A stretch of DNA of 57,559 nt, counting the filler, from Sphacelaria rigidula (Eukaryota): the NCBI GenBank assembly GCA_964200075.2. It is 6 parts of 6 records of this genome, joined end to end, with 100 filler letters (N's around TTAATTAATTAA, not from the genome) between each part and the next. Parts side by side here need not be neighbours in the genome. Positions count along the whole stretch, not along the records: positions 28,833 to 38,341 come from CAXNAA020008330.1; positions 38,442 to 47,950 come from CAXNAA020008331.1; 4 more parts are not named here. One strand, 5' to 3'. The position numbers and the translations under genes are program-made. Below are positions 37,209 through 48,050 of this stretch, one piece after another (position 1 is the first letter of the stretch; every line of letters begins with the position of its first letter). Under the pieces are notes generated by a model. It searched no databases. It was given only the letters and a program-made list of their open reading frames with translations, and was not told the origin of the DNA.

Positions 37209-38196
37209 ACGCGTGACGAGGACGTGAGAAACAAAAAGAAGAGGTCCCTTTGGCTGAGTTTGTTTAGACGACAGTCGATGGGGTGCAGCAGTGCCGGTTC
37301 AATCCGCGATGTAAACATGTAAGGAGCGCACCGGGGGGGAGCTGGCTGGGTGGATCTGTTGAGGTCACGAACTCGTACCGAGAAAGGGGAGGAGTCGGAA
37401 GTGAGACGGGGAAGCAAAACAAATGCTGGGCTACATTCTTCAGCCCGTTTATTGGAGTCGGTCATGATGCGTGCACCGTGAACGAACGCTCATCTGTGGT
37501 ATCGTGCAGCGGGGAGACGACTGTTGGCCTGAAAAAAGGCAAAGTCGCGATCATGTCCGAATGCTTTCAAATTACCTTAGCTCGAGAGTGAGCAAGACAA
37601 GCCTTTGAACAATTTTCGGTATGCCGCCAGCAGAAGGAAAAAAATGTATATAATCAATTGCAAATACATCACAGTGCTTGACGCCTGATTGGCGTAGTAT
37701 TGCGAGCTAACCTCCAAGGATCATCCTGTCGGGCGAGTATTACCCGTGTCGTCATTTATGCCAGCATCTCGCGGTGGGGGGTTTGGTGCGCAGTACCAGC
37801 TCTGCGAATACCTTTTTCTTTAAGTTTGTGTGTTGGTGTTGTATAAGTAGCGCGGTCTGCCGTAATCACTGCCAGTGGTACGCTTGTAGACATGGCATGC
37901 GAAGTTCCCACATTTGTAGCACGGCATCTTTTGCCTTTGTGCATGTCACCACAAGCTGCAGTGTGCATCTCAATCCCCCGAAGATCCTGTGAGAAATTAA
38001 TTGAAATATAATGTTGTGGTGATTTCCACGCTCTTGTATGTATGGGATGGTGTACGGACATGGGTAGGAAGATTCAGCGGAGATGCGACTGATCGGTTGG
38101 CAGCACAAGGGGCTTGTCAGCACAAATCATGCAAGATCAACACTGCTTGAAGTTCCTACATTCGATTGGGAGGGCAAGGGAGAGAGGGGGCGGGAG

Positions 38197-38268
38197 GCGT
38201 ACTCATTTGTTGCTTTTATTTGCATTAGTCGTTTAAAACCTGACTGTGCATCCCTTGCGAGACGGAGC
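38197..38268 (-). mobile_element. Diverged short copy of the LINE 3' tip
   Basis: GCGTACTCATTTGTTGCTT...TTAGTCGTTT...GCATCCCTTGCGAGACGGAGC between G-runs; matches 24447-24513. Confidence 0.7.
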
Positions 38269-38341
38269 GGGGGGGGGTGTACTCATGATCATGCATGCCA
38301 TAGTCATAACACCACTGACCTCGCATCCCTACAAAGCCGGG

Positions 38342-38441
38342 NNNNNNNNNNNNNNNNNNNNNNNNNNNNNNNNNNNNNNNNNNNNTTAATTAATTAANNN
38401 NNNNNNNNNNNNNNNNNNNNNNNNNNNNNNNNNNNNNNNNN
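38342..38441. other. Artificial contig linker
   Basis: 100 nt of N containing TTAATTAATTAA. Confidence 0.99.
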
Positions 38442-40292
38442 TTTATTTTCTGGTATCGCCACTTCCAGAGACAGCCACAGCTTTTACACGGCCTCATGGG
38501 TGTCTAACCAGGCTAACTATTCTTGGGGGGGGGGGTGATGTAAGCCCACAGAGTATGGTTCAGCATACCACTACCTCGATCCGCCTCAAACCTACTTCCG
38601 TCCACTGCCACAGTAAAAAACTTTATCATGAACAGCCTTCTATATTATCATACATTCCGAAAAAATGGGGAACGTGGCCTAAGGAGGTATCCCCCTCCTA
38701 GCCTTATTTACCTCTTATTCGAATCACAGCACGCACCTGTTGCCCTTCAAGGATCACGAAAGCCAACTCCTTCTCCGCAAGATCGCGGTCTTCTTTTGTC
38801 CATTTTTTTGCCTTTTTTCTAGCAACAGCTGTTTTGCCATGCTGCCTCCCGCCGTTGTTCCTCCTCCCCGACATACTCTCTCCCACCCGTAACTTTCTAG
38901 CTTCCACGAATAGTTCGCCTCCTACCGCTGCTTCCTCTGGCCCTTGGGAATATCTTATTTTCTCCAACAATGCAGAAGCCCTCTTTCCTGTGAGCGGTGG
39001 ACAGGACGCCCCCTGGTAGAACCGGCCGAGGGAGCAAGGAACAGGCAAAGGGGCGGCGGGGAGTGCAGCAGGTGCAGAATTTGTGCCATTTTTGAATTCG
39101 TGACAAGGCTGTCAGCCAAATATATTAACATGATGAGGAAGATTCTGCGCATTACTTTCTGTCATAAACTGGGTAACCATAAAGTTACTACGTGAGTGAT
39201 ACTCGTATTTTGGAAAACTTAGGGAGGGAAGGTGTTATAATATTTTGACCAGGACGCGTTTGGATACAGAACTCTACCAAATGATACGGACTAATGAGGG
39301 GTGGACAGATGTGTTTGCGCACGATGTTTGCGTAGGATATTTGTACCTGTCTGAACACGCGCCGTCCGACAGCGTCCAACGGAAGAATCACGACGAGCGG
39401 AACGCTGTACATCATCGAAACACCGCCGCGCCCGAGGTAAACCTCCGGGAGATGCCGGGAGATCAATTCAATGAGTTGTAACATTTTGCAACTTCTTCAG
39501 AATTTTGAGTTGCATCTAGAAGGTTACTGCCCTCCTTTGCTGGCCGCCACGCTCCGGGGGGGAAACGTTGCATGGATCTATCTAACAGTTTCCTGACGGA
39601 AACGGGAAACGAAACAGTCTGAGAACAGGCTTGGGCCGCGATTCTTTCCTTCGACGTTACCCGGTCTCTATATCATAGCAGTGCTTGCACGGTAGAACAG
39701 GTGTTACGGGCGGTACAACATTGTGTTTTCATTCCCCACAAACCATGGAGTTGTTTCGGTGCTATATCCCCCTGACCAATACGATCCACCCAATCCACAG
39801 AACGAAAGAGCTGAGGTACACATGAGTCAAAGCTTTGCTGTAACCAACGGACGATTTGAAATCAGAGTCGAGTGGTTCGGCAGAGTCAGTGTCAGACACT
39901 CTGAGTGATGCCGCGATAGCCCCCTCCAAAACCAGCGCCGAACCCGTCACGAAACACTTGGCCAGACCACGCGTATAAAGTTGGTTTTCAGGCTGCATGA
40001 GGCGCCTTATGTTGGCGACATTGGCGAAAACGACCCCAGGCGTGAGAGTTCCCAGTTACTCGGTGTGCTTGGCTTTCGTAATCATGATACGCGTGTAGAC
40101 TCTACCTCCGCAAACAAGCCACTCTATTTTTCAGGGGGGAATCGCAGCATCACTCGCTACACATTGAACATGCGTCCGGATTCCGACGGCATGTGCTTTG
40201 CCACAGGAATCCAAACGGTCTTTGACTGGCGTTTGACTTTGTGAACTGCCGTGCCACAAGTGCGTGCCCATGACAGCATATTCGTGTGAGCC

Positions 40293-40541
40293 TATTCCTT
40301 GGCTCAGGCATAGGGTAATGGTGTATATCTTTTATGAGAGTCCACCCAAGTAATACTGTAACTTGGGGGAGTGCTGAAGAAGAGGGAAACTGATGAGAGT
40401 GAGGACGGGTGGGGGCAGCGTGTGCACCCCCATCGTCCGTAATGTACCACATAAACACTTGACTGCCGGTATTCGTACGTCACCCCCGATCCCCTGTTCT
40501 AGGTAGATCCAGCACTACTGAGTATCTGAATCACTCGAATA
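40293..40541 (-). repeat. 3' LTR (249 bp)
   Basis: TATTCCTTGGCTCAGGCA...GAATCACTCGAATA, next to the C-run (PPT on the minus strand). Confidence 0.93.
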
Positions 40542-41111
40542 CCCCCCCTGGTCGGATACCTCAGCATTCAAAGCTGACATGGTTTATAAAGAGGAAACTC
40601 GGCCTTCCGAGCAAAAACCCACAACACACAAACTCCACCGCTTGTGCTCAAAACAAGCAGTCATATTTTGCAGACGCCCAGGCCAGGGCACCTGCACTTG
40701 ACAACGGAAAACGCCCTACAAACCCATGCCCCACAAAGTAGCGTGAGCGGCTTCGCCTGACATAAGTGCAGGTGCGTTACGGAAACCATTACTTGAAACA
40801 TCTAGGGCTGACAGATCAAAAGACACACAGACAAAAATATAATATGTGCCTACTCGATATCCCCCATGTTCATCAAGGCACGACAATGCCTTGCGGACAG
40901 CGTGATTGGGAACGGCTTTGTAAGAATATCAGCTCGTTGCCACTCTGAATCCACATGTGTGATCCTTACTGCTCTCGTCCTAACCAAGTCCCTGAATAAA
41001 AATGCCACCTCACATCAATGTGCTCACTACGACCCGAGCTAAGTGGGTTGTCAGCCAGAGCCTTGGCCCCCTCGTTGTCCTCATGAAGAACGATATCATA
41101 CTCCATTTTAA

Positions 41112-41490
41112 CAGAGGATTCTATAAAATGAGGTTCATCAAGGGAATGAGGTTCGAGCCAAAAACAGTACTTTCNNNNNNNNNNCCCCTCGATCGCGTAG
41201 ATACTTTTTCAGCGCATTTTACCGACTCTGTGAGCTTACAGCGCTGACCGAAACTGCTGTTTTCCCTGATATCATCCCCCCCTAAAACATAAGTAGAAAT
41301 GGCGGTTTCGGACAGCGCTGTAAGCTCACAGAGTCGATAAAATGCGCTGAAGAAGTATCTACGCGATCGAGGCGCATTAGGCCGACAAGAAAGTCATTGG
41401 GCACCATCGCTGAAAGCGTGGAGAAAGTACTATACTGTTTTGAGCTCGAACCTCATTTCATTGATGAACCTCATTTTATAGAATCCTCTG
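41112..41490. mobile_element. Foldback MITE inserted in the Copia RNase H
   Basis: TIRs CAGAGGATTCTATAAAATGAGGTTCATCAA / TTGATGAACCTCATTTTATAGAATCCTCTG plus an inner ~70-bp inverted pair; flanked by TAA and TTA. Confidence 0.9.
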
Positions 41491-42782
41491 TTATTTGTCG
41501 TCCCGACACAACTCTTGGTCGTAGGAAAGATAGTACCGACGTGACAAACATACACTCCTTCGCCCCGTGGGCCATAGCTATGTACTCGGCCTCGGTGGTT
41601 GACAGGCTAACGCAGTGTTGCGTTCGACTAGTATACTCGATGCTACTATCCCTCCGTACATTACCGGTACCCCGGAAACTGATCACCTGTCTCTCTCTTT
41701 CTTGGTGTAGTCAGCGTCACAGTAGACTGAGAGCACACTTTTCCCTGAACTTAACGTCAGACCGTAGTCTCTAGTCGTGTTCAGGTATGCTAGGACTTCC
41801 AACACCCCTCGCCAGTGTCTTGCGCATGAGTCATGTGGTTGATGGGCCAGGTCTCGGGCTGCATTTGCTAGGTCAGGCCTGGTTACCGCAGCCAGCCACA
41901 TCAACGCCCCTTCGGCACTCCGGTATGGTCTATCTACCACCTTGTCTCCTTGCTTCACCGGTCCTAAGTCTGCTCATACTTAGGCAGGAAAATCAGAAAC
42001 ATCCGTGACTTCAAAACGCTTCAGTATGGTGTCAATAAATATCATCTGATTTACATACATGGTAGCTCTTCTCCAGTCCCTCTCTATGGTACACCCCATA
42101 TACTACTAGACTTCACCCAGAATGTTCGTCGGAAATCTTTTGTTAAGGGTATCACATACTATCTGTACTCTTTTGTTTCACCCCCAATCAGGACGTCGTC
42201 TACATGCACAACTAGTATGACACATACACTCCCCCTTATCTCCTGCTTGTATACACACGGGTCAGCTTTAGTTTGTGACATCCCTATTTTGTTCAGGAGG
42301 AGGGACCATTGCCTCCCTGCGTGCTTGATGCGATACATGGATTTCTGCAGTCTAACTGTACTACCCGTCAAGGGGCCACACCCGTCTGGGAGCTTCATAA
42401 ACACATTGTTTCTATTTTCGATCGTACAAAGGCCTGGGTAACGTCAAAGTGATACAGTGGTCATCCTCCTTGCATTGCCACGGTCATGACCATTGTTATT
42501 GATGTAATGGCTGAGGTGGCTGCAAACGACTCGAAATAGCCAACCGCGAATCTCTGGCCAAATCCACGCGCTGCAAGTCTCGTCTTTGTTTGGTGATTGT
42601 ACTGTTAGCGTCGGTTTTCCAACTGCACACCCATTTTGCTGTTGTAACATTCACTCCTTTTGGGATATCTTATTTTGACAATGTACCGGCGGTTTCATGC
42701 CCATTCAGTCCTGCACGCATGACACTCCACCATATCTCCTTGTTTTCCGATTTTTCCACATCTTCTACTGTCACGGGGGGGG

Positions 42783-42850
42783 GGCGTACTCATTTGTTGC
42801 TTGCCTTAGTCGTTTGACCATTGACCACGCATCCCTTTCGAGACGGAGCA
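42783..42850 (-). mobile_element. 68-bp retroposed LINE 3' tip with a 16-bp TSD
   Basis: ACTGTCACGGGGGGGG at 42767-42782 and 42851-42866; the insert matches 24447-24513. Confidence 0.85.
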
Positions 42851-43328
42851 ACTGTCACGGGGGGGGCTCGATATCTTTCTCGTGGAGACCGATGGGGGAA
42901 CGCAAACCAAATCTGGGCTCTGCCTCTGTTTCGTTTTCGGCCGCAAAACAAAATTACTGTTGCTTCGTAAACGTATCCTCGATCAGCATGGCCGCGCTGC
43001 CTCCAACCTCTGGTTCGGCTGCTGCAGTGATCAGGTCCGTCATCTCGAACCTATCCTCCGCCATTCCTTACAGTAAAGTTTCCGCTTGAGCCCTCGCTTG
43101 GGCCCTCGTCATCATGCGGGAACAATATTCATCTCTTTCCCACGCCAATATTTCTTTCAGCTCCTCTGCCGCCGATGCTAGCTCGTTCCGGTCGGGTGCC
43201 GCTCTCGTCGCACTACGCGTGCGGCCTGCCATTTTCGGAGGCAGAGACAACTCGTCGTCGAGTGCAAGATGGCGTAGCTCCGCCCTTGGGAGTTCGGGAG
43301 CTCCACCGCCCTTCCCCGTCGTTGCGCT

Positions 43329-43399
43329 GCTCCGTCTCGAAAGGGATGCGTGGTCAATGGCCAAACGATTAAGGCAAGCAACAAATGAGTACGCTCTCA
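43329..43399 (+). mobile_element. 71-bp retroposed LINE 3' tip with a 10-bp TSD
   Basis: TCGTTGCGCT at 43319-43328 and 43400-43409; the empty site is visible in the inverted duplicate at ~44025-44050. Confidence 0.88.
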
Positions 43400-44459
43400 T
43401 CGTTGCGCTTGGGGGCGTCGACAGTTGTCGGCGACAATGTTGGCTGGGTAGTTGTTGGTGATGCCGCAGGGGAATGCGGTGCCGGTGATGCGGGCGGTTG
43501 TTCTAGTGTTGTTGTCGGCGCTACGGCTGTCGGCGTTTTCGGCGGTGTTGTCGGCGCTGCGACTGTCGGCGTTGTCGGCGTTGATGTCGGCCCTGCGGAT
43601 ATCGGCGTTGTCGGTGGTGATGTCGGCGCTGCGGCTGTTGGCGTTGCCGCCAGTGTTGTCGGCTCCACCGACGTGTGGGCGGCGCCGAGCCCCGGTCATC
43701 GATGAAATGTTGAGCTGGGTTTCGTAAAACCCCCCGCCCCCTCCCGCCTGTGCAAGGAGGCGGCGAGGTCATCTAACCCCCCCCCCGCCGATAGCGGAGG
43801 TCTGTGGTGTGGCGTCGTCTGCGTCCCGTTCGGAGTTGGGGAGCAAAAACGACACGCGACGTGAACCGCGTGGTGGAGCCCGCGGCACCGGGGTTTGCTC
43901 CACGGGCTCGCTGCCGGCCAGCCCTCCTTCAATCCGGTCACCCCTCGCTCCGCCGAGCGTCGGGATCGCTTGCGGTATCACCAACAGCTATCCAGCCAAC
44001 ATTGTCGACGACAATCGTCGACACCCCCAAGCGCAACGACGGGAAGGGGCGATGAAGCTCCCGAACTCCCAAGGACGGAGCTACACCGCCTTGCACTCGA
44101 CGACGAATTGTCTCTGTCTCCGCAAATGGCAGGCCGCACGCGCAGTGTGATGAAAGCGGCAGCCGACCGGAACGAGCTAGGGGTCTGCGATGTGGCGTCG
44201 TCTGCGTCCCGTTCGGAGTTGGGAAGCAAAAACAACACGCGACGTGAACCGCGTGATGGAGCACGCACCACCGGGATTTGCTCCACGGGCTCGCTGCCGG
44301 CCGGCCTTCCTTCGATCTGTTCATCCCGACAACACCGACGAAAACGCCGACAGCCGTAGCGCCGACAATAACGCCAGAACAGCCACCCGCACCGTTGGCA
44401 CCGCGTTCACCCGCTGTATCACCAAACACTACCCAGCAAACATTGTCGTCGCGTCCTCT

Positions 44460-45834
44460 ACAGTACTTCGGCAGGCAATCAGCTGGTGTCGTCTCTTACC
44501 CCACCTACCGCAATACCTGTCTGGACAGTCTCTCGCTCGATGCGTTGTCATCTTCTGACAAATGTGGCAATTCCACGTCATCGCAGCCTCCGACTGGCTC
44601 GTTGACGATGAAGTCGGCGACTGGCTGTTTTCGCCCTGGCCCCCGTCCCCTCCGGACTTGGTTCCTGGGTCTTCACCGGTTTGCCTTTCCGGCGTGAGCC
44701 ATTAGGTTTACCGGGTTGTTCCTTGACAGCAAGGGTCTGGTCGCCTGAGGAGAACTTCCGCCCCTTCGCGAGTTCCTGCTTGAAAAGTGCCGATTCGAAA
44801 CGTTTTCGAACCGACGCTGCCACGATTTCCCTCGTGAATGCCCCCTCGCGCTCGTCCAGCGCATGCTTCTGGTAATGATACTCACAGGGAAGTGCATTGA
44901 CAGATTTGAGGAGGGTATGCGCCTCGGTCAGGTTGATGGTGGTGTCGTGTGATTGCATATCTCTCGCCACTTCTTCCATCTCGATCAATTTCTGGACCGG
45001 ATCACCACGAACGCCGATCTTCACATGGCCATACTCGTCCAAAAGTGCTAACCTAGCTCCGTTGGTCTTGGGACTGTAAAACTCATTCAAGTCACGCCAC
45101 ACAGCTGCAGGAGAAGGAATTCGGAACAGAACATCCCGGTCCCGTTTGTGTCCTAGGCTTGCCACCAACATCTACCTCGCTCTGATGTTTGCAGCTACAA
45201 TGCCCTTCCCATGCCTTGCCTCTAGATACCTCACGGACAGCGCCGTGTTCCCCACCTCCACATCGTGCGAACTATCTTCCGACATGGTGAATACCCAGTC
45301 ACCTACTTCACTTCTTGCAAAATTGATGAGTTCTTGTTTGTAGTGGAAGAAATCTGAACTCTTTCCAGAGAACTTGGGTACAGTAGCCTTGAAAACCGGC
45401 ACCCCAGGAACAGTTTGGACATTTGGTCTATCATGACCGAACACTGCGACGGATTCACTTGCGGGGCCTGCACCGCTTGCTCCGTCGCTTGCTGTCCTAT
45501 GGTCGCTCCCGCTCGAAGCTCCCTGCTCGCCCTCGAGGCTACGTCTTCGACCTTGAGATGTGCTGTGCTTGGCTGAGCTGTCAGCCTGGTGGTGTTGTGT
45601 TGCATGATCGTCTTCGCTTTCGATGACGCCGCTCCACTGCACGCCCCGGGGTTCTTGATCTTTTATGCCATCTACTCGACCCAGTAGTACAGTTTGTTCA
45701 TACTATACATCCCTAACTAAATCAGTCAATGTGCTAAAGTCACCGCTGAAAAGGCTGATCATGTTTTCAAGTTGATTCGCCGGTCCATTTATCCTTCCTG
45801 CAGAAGACGAAACGTTACCATCATTACCAGCCAT
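44460..45834 (-). pseudogene. gag: Copia gag remnant
   Basis: ATG at ~45834 just inside the 5' LTR; interrupted frame with VWRDLNEFYSP and two CCHC-like knuckles; in-frame stops. Confidence 0.8.
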
Positions 45835-45861
45835 ATTTGCCCAATCGATTGATCACTAGTG

Positions 45862-46114
45862 TATTCCTTGGCTCAGGCACAGGGTAATGTTTTATTTTTT
45901 TATTAGAGAGCACCCAAGTAATACTGTAACTTGGGAGAGTGCTGAAGAAGAGGGAAGCTGACGAGAGTGAGGACAGGTGGGGGCAGCGTGTGCACCCCCG
46001 TCATCCGTACTGTACCATATTTGCACACACTTGACTGTCAGTACTCGTACGTCACCTCAATCCCCTGTTCTACGTAGATCCAGCATTACTGAGAGTATTT
46101 GAATCACTCGAATA
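45862..46114 (-). repeat. 5' LTR (253 bp)
   Basis: Direct repeat of 40293-40541 with scattered substitutions and indels. Confidence 0.93.
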
Positions 46115-47294
46115 GAGCCGGATCGTCACTGTTTCTTCGGACGCTGAACCATACGTCCTGAGTTTGCTAGTCTTGACCTCATGGGTGGATTATTGAGTCG
46201 ATGCTTCCTCAACAAAGGTTCGAACCTTTACTCGTGGAACAACATGTCGCGTTCAGATTTTCAACTTCGCTACACTAGGCCACGTTACAAACTTTGATAT
46301 AAAGCCCATTGTAGGCAGGTAAGAGGAGGGCACCCATTTCGTCAAACGCCTCATTTGATTTGAAAGAGATTGCTGTAACTCCACCTCACGTTGCCAGATC
46401 GACGAAGTAGACGCGGCATACCGATGCGAGTAAGGGCTTGAATCTCTAGTTGAGGTGCATCGGCTGTACCGTGCATTATTCAGGCCAACCACAACGGCTA
46501 TAAAGTAGTCGAGTATGTTCCTTGATACGTGATCCGTAAACAGGGACAGCTGGACACGACTGATGAAGTCGATCAAAGGACACGGCTGAGCCGATCATAT
46601 TGATGTAGAAGAGTAGTATTACATAGCTTGACTAAGCAAGTCAAGGAAGGAAAAGAAGAAAGAGAACGAAGTGTCTGGGTGTGGCTACCCCAACACCATG
46701 ACAAGCAAACATTGCGTACGTAGGTACAAGACATACGCCTACTATGGTATCAAATCCCACCGCATGTAACTGTCACAACCCGTGAAGACGGATACCTCTG
46801 TACCGTGGCTGATCAGTACTGTAGACTACACTTAACGGCTGTTCACCTCAACAGAGTATCCGAAAAAGACGCCACGATCTGGTCTTCGAACATGCTGCTC
46901 TGCTTCTAAAGGTCGACGAAGTGTTGTTTTCAGCGGTTGATCGCGAGCTCCTTCGATTCTCATACAGTCAATATGGCTGATAAGATGTAGAAATGGTTGA
47001 TTTTTCCTGGAGATGCCTGTGGTGTGTCTTCGCTGTTGAATGCGGTCAATACATTGGCTTGAAACTGTCCGGGTTCTTCGGCTCTTGCTCATGTTTTCGG
47101 GAGGTGTTATGATGCGAGTACCGTACAGGCAGTGCAAAGGGATCCTTGGTTCATGAGCTTTTTCGATAGATTCTGGTGGTCTATAGAGTATATATTAGCA
47201 CCGTGCCGTACTGCATTGTACGGTACAAGTGATGCACAGTGCCGCTCTGGCCGCCTGATGATAAAGCATCTTCCTGAGGTCAAAATCCAGGGAC

Positions 47295-47705
47295 ATACAC
47301 GTTACACGTGCCACAGCGTTACACGTTACGTTCATGTTACGTTTTGGCCGAAACGTGACGTGAACGTCAAAGTTTTTAATGTGATGAACGTCACGTGAAC
47401 GTATCGTTATCTTTTTAAGATGAAATACGTAACGTTACGTGAACGTTGGATTACCCGAACGTTCAAAACACGTAGTATGAAACGTTTCATGTCACTTGTA
47501 ACATCTAGTACACGTTACACGTGCATTGGACGTTACAAGTTACACGAAACGTTTCATATTACGTTGCACGTTACATGAAATGTCTTAAACACTTTACATG
47601 AAGCAGTGACACTTCAAGTTTGCGATGAATTCTAAAATCCCAGAAGATTGTGCTTTAGCGTCACGTACAAGGTGACGTCACGCGTTACACGACACGTTAC
47701 AACGC
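47295..47705. repeat. Dense degenerate ACGTTAC/GTTACAC repeat field
   Basis: Many copies of (AC)GTTAC(AC) and GAACGT in both orientations. Confidence 0.65.
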
Positions 47706-47950
47706 CTTAAACACTGGTAAAGAGAGTTTCGGGGGGGGGAAAGCAGAACTCGGGGATAAGCGAGAAACGACCGGATTGCTCACTGTTCAAAATCGAATGT
47801 TCCTTGATTGAACGTCATATACCCGTTACAATGAACGACTGCTTTCCAAGAAAACCATCCGTTATTTCAGGACTTCCCCTGGGATCTAATAACAGCCGAT
47901 TTTATATTTTGGGGTTCATACAAAATATGGGGTTGAAGTAGCATATCTCT

Positions 47951-48050
47951 NNNNNNNNNNNNNNNNNNNNNNNNNNNNNNNNNNNNNNNNNNNNTTAATT
48001 AATTAANNNNNNNNNNNNNNNNNNNNNNNNNNNNNNNNNNNNNNNNNNNN
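47951..48050. other. Artificial contig linker
   Basis: 100 nt of N containing TTAATTAATTAA. Confidence 0.99.

Larger units (their letters stand above)
40293..46114 (-). mobile_element. Decayed Ty1/Copia LTR retrotransposon with both LTRs and a TSD
   Basis: Direct repeats at 40293-40541 and 45862-46114; GAGCC TSD at 40288-40292 and 46115-46119; polypurine tract at 40542-40549. Gag with CCHC knuckle CHICQKMTTHRARDC (~44520-44575), RT (ADPCVY, VHVDD) and RNase H (YCDADY, STTEAEY, EDNEG, HIDVR). Confidence 0.95.

Noticed and set aside
38700-39600. Transposase remnant (DATQNSEE recalls the TQNxNES motif)
   Set aside because: The match is too weak and is interrupted by stops; it needs a profile search.
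43329-43399. Hammerhead ribozyme in the 70-bp element
   Set aside because: It has a GAAA loop but no CUGANGA core.
43369-43727. Mucin-like Pro/Thr ORF and its overlapping frames as host genes
   Set aside because: They lie inside the Copia pol linker and arise from low-complexity GTC/GGC repeats.
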